Positions 1-10,771 are shown, counted from the stretch's first letter. The stretch is DNA of 64,000 nt from a virus (IMGVR_UViG_3300032330_001040:32001-96000), one strand, 5' to 3'. Notes: generated from the sequence alone by a model not told the origin. A program made the numbers and translations.

Positions 1-500
1 CAACAGGACCCACAGGACCAACAGGACCCACAGGTCCAACAGGTCCAACAGGACCATCAGGTTCTGGTACGACTTCATCTACTGGTTCTGTTTCCGCATT
101 AGGAGTTAATGCTTCAGTTGGACCTACAGGTACGATTCAATGTTCGGGTGACATCGTTGCTTTCTATTCTGATGAGAGACTAAAAAAGAATATTGAAATC
201 ATAAAAGATTGTTTATATAAAGTACAGAGTATGACAGGAATATATTACACAATTAATAAAGTGGCAGAAAAACATGGTTTTACAGATTATAGTAGACAAG
301 TTGGTTTAATTGCACAACAAATTGAATCTTTTGCACCTGAAGTTATTAAACCAGCACCGTTTGATATAGATGAAAATGGCGATAGTAAATCTGGACAAAA
401 TTATTTAACTGTACAATACGAAAAAATAGTTCCAATTCTCATTGAAGCAATTAAAGAACAACAAACGAGAATTAAAATATTATTGGAGGAAAGTAAATAA
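1..500 (+). CDS. Collagen-like tail fibre with C-terminal intramolecular chaperone (peptidase S74-like) domain; 5' truncated by window edge
   Basis: The 231..500 frame is open from base 3: (GPT)n repeats, then [16 protein letters not shown]...VGLIAQ...[19 protein letters not shown]; paralog of the next two genes. Confidence 0.85.
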   Translation, partial: TGPTGPTGPTGPTGPTGPSGSGTTSSTGSVSALGVNASVGPTGTIQCSGDIVAFYSDERLKKNIEIIKDCLYKVQSMTGIYYTINKVAEKHGFTDYSRQVGLIAQQIESFAPEVIKPAPFDIDENGDSKSGQNYLTVQYEKIVPILIEAIKEQQTRIKILLEESK

Positions 501-1945
501 TGGCTACCAATAATAATTTTAATATTAAAAATGGTTTAACAGTTTCTAGTGCATCATCTAATACTTCTGTTATTAATTCTAGTGGTGTTTGGACAGGACC
601 AACAACAAATATTCAAGGCGCTCAAGGACCTCAAGGTACACAAGGTGTACAAGGTGCCACAGGACCTCAAGGTTATCAAGGTTCACAAGGTGCAACAGGA
701 TTTCAAGGCGTAGCTGGTGTTCAAGGTGCTCAAGGTCCAAATGGTAATCAAGGTGCTCAAGGTGTGTCTGGTGTTCAAGGTGCTCAAGGTGCTACCGGTC
801 CACAAGGTTCACAAGGACCTGCTGGCGCTCAAGGTGCGCAGGGTTCATTAGGAGCTCAAGGCACAATAGGAAATTCAGGTGTTCCAGGAACTCAAGGTGC
901 CACAGGTTCTACAGGTGTACAAGGTGCACAAGGTAATGCTGGCGCTCAAGGTTCTTCAGGTTTTCCTGGACCTTCAGGTCCATCTGGTGTTCAAGGTGCT
1001 CAAGGACCTACAGGTATGGCTGGTTTTCCAGGTCCTCAAGGTGCACAAGGTGTACAAGGTGCTCAAGGTGCTCCAGGTTCTTTAGGTGCTCCTGGTATTC
1101 CAGGTGTTTCGGGACTTCAAGGACCTACTGGTTCTTCAGGTGCTCAAGGTCCAGCAGGACCACAAGGTGTTCAAGGCCCCGCAGGTCCTACAGGACCACA
1201 AGGTGTTCAAGGTTTTCAAGGTGCTGGAGGTTCTTTAGGTGCTCCTGGTAGACAAGGACCTTCTGGTGCTCAAGGTCCGGCAGGATTTCCAGGACCAACA
1301 GGAACAACTGGACCTACAGGTAGTACAGGATTTCCAGGACCTTCAGGCCCAGCCGGTGCTCAAGGACCTACAGGTTTTACAGGCAGACAAGGTTCTACAG
1401 GAAGTCCAGGTCCTTCCGGTGCTCAAGGACCAGCAGGCGGTACAGGTAGTACCGGACCTCAAGGTCCAACAGGACCTACAGGACCTACAGGTCCATCAGG
1501 AACATCTCCTTCAAGTTTATCAACATCAGTTAGTGCTTTAGGTGTAAATACTGCCGCAGTTACCACAGGATGGTTACATGCAACAGGTGATATTGTTGCT
1601 TATTATTCCGACATACGACTTAAAGATAATATTGAAACTATTAAAAATGCCGGCGATAAATTATATACACTTAATGGAATTTTTTACACACAAAATAAAT
1701 TTGCTGAACAGTTTGGTTATAATGATTATAAAAGGCAAGTTGGTTTAATTGCACAAGAAGTTCAAAAAATTATGCCAGAAGTTATTAAACCAGCACCGTT
1801 TGATGTAGATGAAAATGGTAATAGTAAATCAGGTGAAAATTATTTAACTATTCAATATGAAAGATTAATTCCACTTATTGTAGAAACTATAAAAGAACAA
1901 CAAAAAGAAATTGAAGAATTGGAAAAGTTAAATGGCCACCAATAA
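500..1945 (+). CDS. Collagen-like fibre protein (~98 Gly-X-Y triplets) with S74-like chaperone domain
   Basis: Uninterrupted G-X-Y from aa 40 to ~334; [10 protein letters not shown] motif, GLIAQEVQ and coiled-coil C-terminus. Confidence 0.88.
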   Translation: MATNNNFNIKNGLTVSSASSNTSVINSSGVWTGPTTNIQGAQGPQGTQGVQGATGPQGYQGSQGATGFQGVAGVQGAQGPNGNQGAQGVSGVQGAQGATGPQGSQGPAGAQGAQGSLGAQGTIGNSGVPGTQGATGSTGVQGAQGNAGAQGSSGFPGPSGPSGVQGAQGPTGMAGFPGPQGAQGVQGAQGAPGSLGAPGIPGVSGLQGPTGSSGAQGPAGPQGVQGPAGPTGPQGVQGFQGAGGSLGAPGRQGPSGAQGPAGFPGPTGTTGPTGSTGFPGPSGPAGAQGPTGFTGRQGSTGSPGPSGAQGPAGGTGSTGPQGPTGPTGPTGPSGTSPSSLSTSVSALGVNTAAVTTGWLHATGDIVAYYSDIRLKDNIETIKNAGDKLYTLNGIFYTQNKFAEQFGYNDYKRQVGLIAQEVQKIMPEVIKPAPFDVDENGNSKSGENYLTIQYERLIPLIVETIKEQQKEIEELEKLNGHQ

Positions 1946-3356
1946 TAATTTTATTGTTAAAAATGGATTAGCTATTGCTAATACCACATCCAATACTGTT
2001 GTAATTGCTGCTAACGGTGTTTGGGTTTCTTCACAATCATCCTATAGTGGTTATCAAGGTCCTCAAGGACCACAAGGTGCATCAGGTGTTCAAGGACCAC
2101 AAGGTTCTGTAGGTACACAAGGTCCTCAAGGTGCACAAGGTACTGTTGGTCTTTCAGGATTTCAAGGCGCAATAGGTTTTACAGGTGCTCAAGGTACACA
2201 AGGACCAACAGGCGCTCAAGGTTCTTCAGGTTTTCCTGGACCAAATGGCGTTCAAGGACCGGCAGGAGTTGCAGGCGTTCAAGGTAATTTAGGTCCTCAA
2301 GGTAGTCAAGGACCTACTGGTGCTCAAGGTCCACAAGGTTTTCAAGGACCTTTAGGTTCACCTGGTGTTCAAGGACCATTAGGTGCATCTGGTGTACCTG
2401 GCGCTCAAGGCACACAAGGTTCTCTTGGCCCTCAAGGTTTTATGGGAGCATCTCCAACAGGACCTCAAGGATTTCAAGGAAACTTAGGTTCACCTGGTGT
2501 TCAAGGAGCTCAAGGCAGACAAGGACCACAAGGTTTTCCTGGACCAAATGGCGTTCAAGGACCTGCTGGTCCAGCCGGCTTTCAAGGACCTGTAGGTTCT
2601 CCTGGTTCTCTTGGTAGACAAGGTGTTCAAGGACCAACAGGTGCTCAAGGCCCAGCTGGCGCTCAAGGACCACAAGGCCCCGCAGGTGTTCAAGGTTCTA
2701 CAGGACCTAGTGGCGTTCCGGGTACAACAGGCCCACAAGGAACTTTTGGCGCTTCAGGATCCACAGGTCCTCAAGCGGCTTCAGGTGCACAAGGTCCTCA
2801 AGGACCACAAGGACCTACAGGACCATCTGGTGCTCAAGGACCAACAGGTGGTACAGGTGCAACAGGACCTACAGGACCTACAGGAAGTCCAGGTGGTACG
2901 GGACCAACAGGTCCTCAAGGACCTTCAGGAGGTTCAGTAACACAAGTTGTTGCATTAAATGTTAACACTTCTGGTGCACCAACTGGTTATGTTTATGCTA
3001 CATCAGATATAACCGTTTTTTATTCTGATAAGAGATTAAAAGATATTGAAACAAACATACAAGAAGCATTACAAAAAGTAAATGAATTAAATGGTGTATA
3101 TTATGAACAGAACGATTTAGCTAAAAAGATGGGTTATAATAATGATGGTGAAAAACAAATAGGTTTAATTGCTCAGAATGTTCAGAAAGTTTTACCAGAA
3201 GTTATAGGATTGGCGGCTTTTGACACAGATAAATATGGACAGAGCAAATCAGGAAATAACTATTTAAGTATAAAATATGCAAAAATAGTACCTCTTTTAA
3301 TTGAAGCTCTAAAGCAACAGAAAGAACAGATAGAATATATTAAATCAAAAAAGTGA
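1932..3356 (+). CDS. Collagen-like fibre protein (~97 Gly-X-Y triplets) with S74-like chaperone domain
   Basis: Same MATNNNFxxKNGL N-terminus as the previous gene; G-X-Y aa 40-333; YSDKRLKDI motif. Confidence 0.88.
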   Translation: MATNNNFIVKNGLAIANTTSNTVVIAANGVWVSSQSSYSGYQGPQGPQGASGVQGPQGSVGTQGPQGAQGTVGLSGFQGAIGFTGAQGTQGPTGAQGSSGFPGPNGVQGPAGVAGVQGNLGPQGSQGPTGAQGPQGFQGPLGSPGVQGPLGASGVPGAQGTQGSLGPQGFMGASPTGPQGFQGNLGSPGVQGAQGRQGPQGFPGPNGVQGPAGPAGFQGPVGSPGSLGRQGVQGPTGAQGPAGAQGPQGPAGVQGSTGPSGVPGTTGPQGTFGASGSTGPQAASGAQGPQGPQGPTGPSGAQGPTGGTGATGPTGPTGSPGGTGPTGPQGPSGGSVTQVVALNVNTSGAPTGYVYATSDITVFYSDKRLKDIETNIQEALQKVNELNGVYYEQNDLAKKMGYNNDGEKQIGLIAQNVQKVLPEVIGLAAFDTDKYGQSKSGNNYLSIKYAKIVPLLIEALKQQKEQIEYIKSKK

Positions 3357-3368
3357 AAGTGAATTATT

Positions 3369-3941
3369 ATGAATGGTGAATGGTGTTACTTTAAATCATA
3401 TTTTTCTCCAGAAAATTGTCAAAAAATTATTGATGATGCGGCAGATATACCGGTACAAGACGGCATTTTAGGTACTGGTGAAAATACTACGGTAGATTTA
3501 TCTTTTAGAAGAAGTAAAATTCGGTTTGTTAATTCTGACAATCCAAAATTTACTTGGTTATTTGATGAGTTATGGAAAACAGCTCTACAAGCAAACAGAG
3601 ATTTTTTCAATGTGCATATTACAAGATTACCATTTATTCAAATTGCTGAATATAATTATCTTGATAAAGGTGAATACAAAGAACATCATGATGTTTTTTG
3701 GTTAAACAATGATCCAATATACCACAGAAAACTTTCCTGTATTATTCAATTAAGCGACCCAAATGATTATCAAGGTGGTGATTTTGAAATTACAGAAGGT
3801 GTGGCGCCCCTCGATAAAGAAATTAAAAATCAAGGTTCAATCATTTACTTTCCTTCAATGTTTAGGCATCGTGCAAACCCTGTCCTAAGGGGTACTAGAT
3901 ATAGTGTAGCAGCCTGGTTTGAAGGACCTAAGTGGAGATAG
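3369..3941 (+). CDS. 2OG-Fe(II) oxygenase, prolyl-4-hydroxylase/PKHD-like
   Basis: HHD...RKLS...YQGGDF...FPSMFRHRANPV...RYSVAAW (HxD..H..R signature). Confidence 0.85.
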   Translation: MNGEWCYFKSYFSPENCQKIIDDAADIPVQDGILGTGENTTVDLSFRRSKIRFVNSDNPKFTWLFDELWKTALQANRDFFNVHITRLPFIQIAEYNYLDKGEYKEHHDVFWLNNDPIYHRKLSCIIQLSDPNDYQGGDFEITEGVAPLDKEIKNQGSIIYFPSMFRHRANPVLRGTRYSVAAWFEGPKWR

Positions 3942-3942
3942 A

Positions 3943-4662
3943 ATGAATGATATTGTTATGGAAGTTGAGCCTTTTAAATATTTCATAGTTGATAATTTTT
4001 TACCATTAAATACAGCCAAAAAACTCTCAATAGAATTTCCTGATTTTGATTCATCAATTTGGTATGATTATGATAATCCATTGGAAGTAAAAAAGACAAT
4101 CAACAATTGGTTTCATTTCCCACCATTAACGTATAAACTATTCAATGATTTAAATGGCATTGAATTTACTGATTCATTAAAAGATTTTATGGATTTAGAA
4201 AGTCTTTATTCTGATATGGGTTTATATGGAGGCGGCTGGCACATTCATGGTCGTGGTGGAAAATTAAATGTACATCTTGATTACGCTGTACATCCAAAAT
4301 TGAACCTAGAACGTAAACTCAATCTCATTTTATACCTAACACCAGATTGGGATCCAAAATGGGGTGGTAATTTAGAGTTCTGGTCACACGATGAAAAATT
4401 AAACAAACCAAAAGAAAAAATTAAAACAATTGATTGTGTTTTTAATCGTGCTGTTATTTTTGATACATCACAAAACTCATGGCATGGTTTCAATGAACCA
4501 ATTAATTGTCCTGAAGGTGTGTATAGAAAAAGTGTGGCAACATACTATCACACAGATTTATCTCCAACTACACCAAAAAGAAAAAGAGCATTATATAGTC
4601 CATCAAAAGAACAAGAGAATGATAAAGAAATATTAGAATTGATTGAAAAGAGAGCAAAATAA
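3943..4662 (+). CDS. 2OG-Fe(II) oxygenase (prolyl hydroxylase-like)
   Basis: GGKLNVHLD...LNLILYL...WGGNLEFW...FNRAVIF...SWHG...RKS; ATG at 3943 preferred over the upstream TTG. Confidence 0.85.
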   Translation: MNDIVMEVEPFKYFIVDNFLPLNTAKKLSIEFPDFDSSIWYDYDNPLEVKKTINNWFHFPPLTYKLFNDLNGIEFTDSLKDFMDLESLYSDMGLYGGGWHIHGRGGKLNVHLDYAVHPKLNLERKLNLILYLTPDWDPKWGGNLEFWSHDEKLNKPKEKIKTIDCVFNRAVIFDTSQNSWHGFNEPINCPEGVYRKSVATYYHTDLSPTTPKRKRALYSPSKEQENDKEILELIEKRAK

Positions 4663-6386
4663 TGGTTGAAAAAAAATGTAAAATTGTAATGACTACAATG
4701 TTTCAAAATGAATCTAAAACAATTAGAAGAATGTTGGAGTCTTGTTACAAATATATTGATTTTTGGGTAATACAAAATAATGGTTCAACAGATGGTACAG
4801 AAGAAATTGTCAAAGAGTTTTTTACTGAACATAAAATACCTGGTTTTTTATACAATGTGGAAGAAGGTTGGGTTGGATTTGGTTGGAACCGTGACCACTT
4901 AACACAAACTTGCCAAAGTATTGACCATGGTTGTGATTGGATTCTTAAAATGGATTGTGATGAGATTCTACAAGTAGATGATGATTTCGATTGGTCAATA
5001 CTAGATGATACATCAGTTCATTCTTGGGAAATTCCTTGTGTTCAAGGCACATCAACATACACTAGATGTTGGATGTGGAATGCAAAAATGAAATGGAGAT
5101 TTAATCACGACCCATGCCATGAAACTGTCTATTGTGCTGATGAGACTATTGGTGATAATTTTCAAAGAGTTTTATTGCCACAATCATTTAGACAAACTGG
5201 TTTTAACGAAGGTCAAAGTTGGGGAGTACCAACCAAATTTATGAGTCACGCTCTCATCTTAGAAGAAAAGATGATGGTCGAAGATAGTTTTAAAACAAAC
5301 CTATATCATTTTTGGTATATTGGTAAAAGTTATTTTGATGCTTGGGAATCAAATAATTTTCCATTGGGTGAAAGCCAAAAGAAAGAATATGGTCGTAGAT
5401 GTATCTATTATTTTAGTGAATATCTAAATCATACACACAGATTTGATGAAACACAATCAGCACAATTTATTGATGAAGTTTCTTATATGTCTATGTTAAT
5501 GATTGCACAAATCTATGGATATTTTAAAGACAATGAAAAACAAATAAGTTATTTAAAATTGGCAAATTCTTTTGCACCAGGTAGAAATGACCACTTTTTA
5601 TCTTTAGCATATAAGTACCAAGAATTAGGAGATTGGAAAAATATGCATCAGTATACAAGTATTATGATGCAACCCGAAAGAACAAATGCCTACCCAACTT
5701 ATACTAATTTTGTTAATTCAGCTATGTATCATGACGGTGGACCTTTAATACATGACTTGCATCAATTTGCAAGTAGTAAATTACAAGAAGAAAATAATTT
5801 ACACAATGAACATCCACCATTTTATATTAATAAATCATATGGTAAAAAATTGTTTGTTGTGGATAATTTCTACAATGATCCAGACACAATTAGAGAGTTT
5901 GCTTTAAATCAAGTTGAATATAAAGAAGATTTGAGATGGTATAAAGGACTTAGGTCTGTAAGACCATATCGTCCAAAAGGAATTAAAGAAGCCTTTGAGT
6001 TTATTATGGGTGAACCTATTGTGGATTTTGAACAAGGTTACAATGGTGTATTTCAAATTTGTATAGCACAAGACCCACAAGTTTATCATTATGATATGCA
6101 AAAATGGGCTGCCATGATATACATGACACCAGATGCACCATTAGAAAGTGGTACAAGATTACATAGGTCTAAAATTAATGGTGCCAGAAGAGCAACAGAT
6201 GCTGATGCTGATAGAGCTTTCTCTGGTGGATTTTATGATTCTACCAAATTTGATATTGCCGATTCAGCTGGTAACCTGTATAATAGATTAGTCATCATGG
6301 ATGCCAGATGTATTCATTCGGCAGGACCATATTTTGGACAAAACAAACAAGACGGCAGACTGACACATTTATTTTTCTTTGATTAA
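4662..6386 (+). CDS. Fusion: GT-A glycosyltransferase + TPR-like region + C-terminal 2OG-oxygenase-like domain
   Basis: N-term QNES..IRRMLES...NGSTDGT...MDCDE; central helical region; C-term VVDNFY.DPD...HYD...YNRLVI...HSA...RLTHLFFFD. Confidence 0.75.
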   Translation: MVEKKCKIVMTTMFQNESKTIRRMLESCYKYIDFWVIQNNGSTDGTEEIVKEFFTEHKIPGFLYNVEEGWVGFGWNRDHLTQTCQSIDHGCDWILKMDCDEILQVDDDFDWSILDDTSVHSWEIPCVQGTSTYTRCWMWNAKMKWRFNHDPCHETVYCADETIGDNFQRVLLPQSFRQTGFNEGQSWGVPTKFMSHALILEEKMMVEDSFKTNLYHFWYIGKSYFDAWESNNFPLGESQKKEYGRRCIYYFSEYLNHTHRFDETQSAQFIDEVSYMSMLMIAQIYGYFKDNEKQISYLKLANSFAPGRNDHFLSLAYKYQELGDWKNMHQYTSIMMQPERTNAYPTYTNFVNSAMYHDGGPLIHDLHQFASSKLQEENNLHNEHPPFYINKSYGKKLFVVDNFYNDPDTIREFALNQVEYKEDLRWYKGLRSVRPYRPKGIKEAFEFIMGEPIVDFEQGYNGVFQICIAQDPQVYHYDMQKWAAMIYMTPDAPLESGTRLHRSKINGARRATDADADRAFSGGFYDSTKFDIADSAGNLYNRLVIMDARCIHSAGPYFGQNKQDGRLTHLFFFD

Positions 6387-6389
6387 ATT

Positions 6390-7661
6390 ATGAAACAATA
6401 CAAATTTAGTTTTATCACACCTGAACACAGTCCAGAAAATATACCATATTTACTTGAATTATACGATTCAATTATTAATCAAACATATTCTAATTGGGAA
6501 TGGATTATTTTAACAAATAATAAATGTACTCCACATCATTTACCAGAAAAAATACAAAATGATTTAAGAGTAAAAATATTTCATTGGAATGGACAAACAG
6601 CCAGTATTGGCCGTTTAAAATTAGATGCGTTTAATTTGGGTACAGGTGATATATTAGTTGAAGCCGACCATGATGATATGTTTACTCCAGATTGTTTAGA
6701 AGAATTAAATAAAGCATACCAAGATGAATCAACTGGATTTGTTTATTCAGATAATGCTGTTTATCATATGAAAGATGAATTTGTTCCTTATTCATCAGAC
6801 AATGGCTGGACCTATAAAATGTATAATTGGAAAGGTAAAGATTTGTATGCGATGCATAGTTTTGAACCTTCTAGTCACAGTTTAGGTTATATTTGGTTTG
6901 CGCCAGACCATGTAAGAACATGGAGAGCATCCGTGTATAAAGAAATTGGTGGCCATAACCCCGAATTAGAGATTTGTGATGACCATGAATTGTGTATTCG
7001 AACTTACTTAAAAACTAAGATGGTTCGTATACCTAAGGTTCTCTATATTTACAGAGTTACTGGTGTTAATACATCAATGAACAGTAGAAATGCCGATATA
7101 CAAATTAAAACTGTAGAATTATTTAATCAATATGCAAGACAGTTGGCAGAAAAGGATGCTGATAATAAAGGATTATTAAAAGTAGATATTGGTGGAGGAT
7201 TAAATCCATTTCCAGGTTATGTGACGGTAGACCTTAGAGATACGGCTGATTATCCTAACTGTGATTTAAATGATGGTATTCCTTTACCTGATAATTCAGT
7301 TGGAGTATTAAATGCCAGTCATATTTTAGAACATTTACATGATAAAACCAAAATCATGTCTGAAATACATAGAGTATTGGCACATGGAGGATGGGCTTTT
7401 ATTGATGTCCCTAGTACCGATGGACGTGGAGCATTTCAAGACCCCACTCATGTAAGTTATTGGAATGAAAACAGTTTCTTATATTATACAGATGCTTACT
7501 TAGCTAACTTTATAGACAATAAAAATATTAAATTTCAACAATATAGGAAAGAAACTTATTTTCCAAATGATTGGATGAAAAGTCTAAATGTTTTAGTAAC
7601 AACCGCTTGGTTAGTATCCATTAAAGATGGACCTAGATTACCAGGACTACTGAAGATTTAA
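6390..7661 (+). CDS. Fusion: family-2 glycosyltransferase + class I SAM methyltransferase
   Basis: SIINQTYSNWEWII...DHDD...DDHELC; C-term VDIGGG...SHILEHL...EIHRVLAHGG...DPTH. Confidence 0.8.
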   Translation: MKQYKFSFITPEHSPENIPYLLELYDSIINQTYSNWEWIILTNNKCTPHHLPEKIQNDLRVKIFHWNGQTASIGRLKLDAFNLGTGDILVEADHDDMFTPDCLEELNKAYQDESTGFVYSDNAVYHMKDEFVPYSSDNGWTYKMYNWKGKDLYAMHSFEPSSHSLGYIWFAPDHVRTWRASVYKEIGGHNPELEICDDHELCIRTYLKTKMVRIPKVLYIYRVTGVNTSMNSRNADIQIKTVELFNQYARQLAEKDADNKGLLKVDIGGGLNPFPGYVTVDLRDTADYPNCDLNDGIPLPDNSVGVLNASHILEHLHDKTKIMSEIHRVLAHGGWAFIDVPSTDGRGAFQDPTHVSYWNENSFLYYTDAYLANFIDNKNIKFQQYRKETYFPNDWMKSLNVLVTTAWLVSIKDGPRLPGLLKI

Positions 7662-7665
7662 AACT

Positions 7666-7707
7666 AGTTTCTCCTGTTACATAAATACACTAATAATAGG
7701 AGAAACT
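7666..7707 (+). promoter_or_regulatory. Late-type promoter (CATAAATA) in the loop of a 14-bp hairpin that occludes the gp13 Shine-Dalgarno
   Basis: AGTTTCTCCTGTTA (7666-7679) pairs with TAATAGGAGAAACT (7694-7707), one G-U; CATAAATA at 7680-7687. Confidence 0.7.
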
Positions 7708-7708
7708 G

Positions 7709-8482
7709 ATGGCAACAATAACAAATAGAAACGATTTCAAACAATATTGCCTTCGTAGACTTGGATTCCCTGTCATTGAAATTAACGTAGATGATGACCA
7801 AGTGGAGGACCGTATTGATGATGCGTTACAATACTGGCAAGATTATCACTTTGACGGATTACAAAAAATATATTATGTCAAAGCAATTCAACAAGCTGAT
7901 ATTAACCAAAAATATATTGATTTAAGTAATGTTGTCGATGCTTCCAACAATACGATGGAGATTGTGGGTGTTACCCGTGTATTTCCAATTACCGATTCAC
8001 AGGCAACTATTAATATGTTTGACTTGAGATATCAGTTACGTCTTAATGAGTTATATGACTTCACCTCCGCATCGTATATCAATTATACTTTAACACAACA
8101 ACACTTACGTTCTCTTGAACTTATGTTCACTGGAGAAGTTCCTATTCGTTTCCAAAGACACATGCAAAAACTGTTTATTGATTGGGCATGGGGCACTTCA
8201 CAAGCCAACGTTGGTGATGTTGTAGTTGCCGAATGTTATGCCTCAATTAATCCAAATGTTTATGGTAGAGTATGGAATGACCGATGGATGAAAGAATATG
8301 CCACAGCATTAATCAAAAGAATGTGGGGAAACAATCTCAAGAAATTTGCCGGATTACAATTACCTGGTAGTGTAACATTAAATGGTGACAAAATTTATCA
8401 AGAAGCAACAGATGAGATTGAAAATTTACAAAATCAAATGCAAACTGAATATGGCGCCCCTTTAGAAATTATGATGAACTAA
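7709..8482 (+). CDS. gp13: Neck protein (T4 gp13-like)
   Basis: YCLRRLGFPVIEINVDDDQVEDRIDDALQ...LPGSVTLNG; first gene of the gp13-gp23 block. Confidence 0.92.
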   Translation: MATITNRNDFKQYCLRRLGFPVIEINVDDDQVEDRIDDALQYWQDYHFDGLQKIYYVKAIQQADINQKYIDLSNVVDASNNTMEIVGVTRVFPITDSQATINMFDLRYQLRLNELYDFTSASYINYTLTQQHLRSLELMFTGEVPIRFQRHMQKLFIDWAWGTSQANVGDVVVAECYASINPNVYGRVWNDRWMKEYATALIKRMWGNNLKKFAGLQLPGSVTLNGDKIYQEATDEIENLQNQMQTEYGAPLEIMMN

Positions 8483-8483
8483 T

Positions 8484-9365
8484 ATGGCAACTTCAGTATA
8501 TTTTAATAATTACAACTCAACAGGTGAACAACACCTTATAGAAGATTTAATTGTTGAATCAATTAAAATCATGGGGTTTGATGCATTTTATATGCCAATT
8601 TTTAATCCTGAAGATAGAGACATTTTATATGGAGAAGATCCAGTTAAAAAATTTAAAACTTCTTATCCATTAGAAATGTACCTATCAGATTCTTCTGGTT
8701 ATGAAGGTCAACAAGATTTCTTTTCTAAGTTTGGTTTAGAAATTCGAGACGTTGTTAAAGTAATATTATCAAAAAGGTCATTTGAACAAAGATTGCCTCA
8801 AGGAATATTAACAAGACCTAGAGAAGGTGATTTAATATATGTACCTTTCTTAAATGGTACTGGTGAATTGTATGAGATTACTTTCGTTGAACAAGCCAAA
8901 GATTTTCATCAATTAGGAAGAAAAGCACCATATTTCTATGAATTAAACCTTGAGAAATTCAAGTACTCACAAGAAATTATTAACACAGGTATGGCAGATA
9001 TTGATAAAGTTTCTAATGATTCTTCTTATACATTACATTTAAATACTGGAACTGGAACAGGTGTTTATACAATTCAAGAAATTATATATCAATCTTTAGA
9101 CGGCACATACGCAAATGCAAATACAGTTGCATATGTACAGTCTTGGATTCCAAGTTCAAATACATTATCAGTTACAAATATTGCTGGCGAATTTATTGAT
9201 GGAAGGTTGTTAATTGGTAAAACAAGTAATGCTCGTTATACATTAACATCATTTGATCCATTACAATCACCAGCACACTTAGAAGTATATGATAATTTTT
9301 ATCTTGCTAACACAGCGAATTCTATTATAGATTTCTCTGAATCTAATCCTTTTGGTTCAATCTAA
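8484..9365 (+). CDS. gp14: Neck protein (T4 gp14-like)
   Basis: EDLIVESIKIMG...FSKFGLEIRD...RPREGDLIY...DFSESNPFG. Confidence 0.92.
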   Translation: MATSVYFNNYNSTGEQHLIEDLIVESIKIMGFDAFYMPIFNPEDRDILYGEDPVKKFKTSYPLEMYLSDSSGYEGQQDFFSKFGLEIRDVVKVILSKRSFEQRLPQGILTRPREGDLIYVPFLNGTGELYEITFVEQAKDFHQLGRKAPYFYELNLEKFKYSQEIINTGMADIDKVSNDSSYTLHLNTGTGTGVYTIQEIIYQSLDGTYANANTVAYVQSWIPSSNTLSVTNIAGEFIDGRLLIGKTSNARYTLTSFDPLQSPAHLEVYDNFYLANTANSIIDFSESNPFGSI

Positions 9366-10354
9366 TGGCAAATGTAACATACAATCGTGTTATTCGTAAA
9401 CTTGTAGTAGGTTTTGGTAATCTATTTGATGAGATTACTTTGGTTCGATACAATTCAAATAACACAGAAGCAGAAAGATTTATTGTTCCTATTGCCTATT
9501 CAGCAAAAGAATTATATGTTCAAAGACTATCATTTGATCCTGATTTAGATAAAAAAGCAGGATTGACTTTACCAAGAATGTCTTTTGAAATGACAGGTAT
9601 GCAGTATGATGTATCGAGAAAACAAAATACAAACATAAAGAATTACACAAATACAAATTCTGGTGTAGTGTCTCAATATAATCCGGTACCTTATGATTTT
9701 GATTTTTCTTTATATTTGTATGTAAGAAATACAGAAGATGGTACTCAATTATTGGAACATATTATTCCTTTTTTTACCCCCGATTACACAATTAAATTAA
9801 ATTTAATACCAGATTTAGGTGTTGTGAAAGAAGTACCTGTTATTTTAAATAATGTAACTTCTGAAGTTAATTATGAAGGTGATAGAAATTCTCCAACTAG
9901 AATGATTATATGGACTTTAAACTTTACAGTTAAAGGATTTATATTTGGTTCTTATACTACACCAAAATTAATTCGTACATCTATTACAAATATATTAAAT
10001 GATATAAAAGATACCGATATAGTAAGATTTAGAATGACAGCAAATACTGGAGTTGGTAGTTATCAGGCAGGTGAAATTGTTTATCAAGGATATACTCCAC
10101 AAATTTCAACCGCTACAGCTAAAGTTGTTAGTTGGAATTCTAGTAATAATGTTTTGCATTTAACAAATATTAATGGTAATTTTGTTTCATCTCAATCAAT
10201 TATTGGTGTAAACACAAATGCAAATTATACATTTAATTCTTATCAAGTACCAACAGCTAATTTGGCCACTATTAGAATTACTCCAAATCCAATAACTGCT
10301 AATGCTAATTCTGATTATACATATACCACCACAATAACAGAAACAAAAATTTAA
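9365..10354 (+). CDS. gp15: Tail sheath stabiliser/terminator (T4 gp15-like) with C-terminal extension
   Basis: IRKLVVGFGNLF...LPRMSFE...PVPYDFDF...IIPFFTP...WTLNFTVKG. Confidence 0.9.
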   Translation: MANVTYNRVIRKLVVGFGNLFDEITLVRYNSNNTEAERFIVPIAYSAKELYVQRLSFDPDLDKKAGLTLPRMSFEMTGMQYDVSRKQNTNIKNYTNTNSGVVSQYNPVPYDFDFSLYLYVRNTEDGTQLLEHIIPFFTPDYTIKLNLIPDLGVVKEVPVILNNVTSEVNYEGDRNSPTRMIIWTLNFTVKGFIFGSYTTPKLIRTSITNILNDIKDTDIVRFRMTANTGVGSYQAGEIVYQGYTPQISTATAKVVSWNSSNNVLHLTNINGNFVSSQSIIGVNTNANYTFNSYQVPTANLATIRITPNPITANANSDYTYTTTITETKI

Positions 10355-10357
10355 ACT

Positions 10358-10771
10358 ATGAACAATCTTGACAAAAATCTAAGCAAAGTCTTTGATGTAA
10401 CTCCTATTGGTGAACCAGAACCAAAAAAAACTACAATATCTACACATTATAAACAACCTGATATTGAATCTGATTTAACAGATGCTTATCAACAATCAAA
10501 AGAAAATCTTCAAGGTATCATTGACCAAGGTCAAGAAGCCATGTATGAAATATTGGAAATTGCCAAAGCAGGTCAACATCCAAGAGCCTTTGAAGTATAT
10601 GCCACTTTATTAAAGAACATGACTGAAGCCAATGATAGACTTCTAAAGATTCAAAAAGAAATGCGGGAAATCTCTGGTGTTAAAAAAGAAACTAATACCA
10701 CCAATATAGACAAAGCCATTTTTGTGGGTTCTACATCTGAATTAAGTAAGTTACTAAAAAGTAAAGACTAA
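10358..10771 (+). CDS. gp16: Terminase small subunit
   Basis: HPRAFEVYATL...FVGSTSEL; directly upstream of gp17. Confidence 0.9.
   Translation: MNNLDKNLSKVFDVTPIGEPEPKKTTISTHYKQPDIESDLTDAYQQSKENLQGIIDQGQEAMYEILEIAKAGQHPRAFEVYATLLKNMTEANDRLLKIQKEMREISGVKKETNTTNIDKAIFVGSTSELSKLLKSKD

Noticed and set aside
1-2930. Tandem 9-nt repeats as a CRISPR array or satellite
   Set aside because: They are coding collagen triplets with synonymous variation; no repeat-spacer structure and no cas genes
879-2940. Alternative-frame and antisense ORFs over the collagen genes (879, 1239, 2440, 2490, 2611)
   Set aside because: Stop-poor shadow frames produced by the 9-nt Gly-X-Y periodicity; no RBS or independent features
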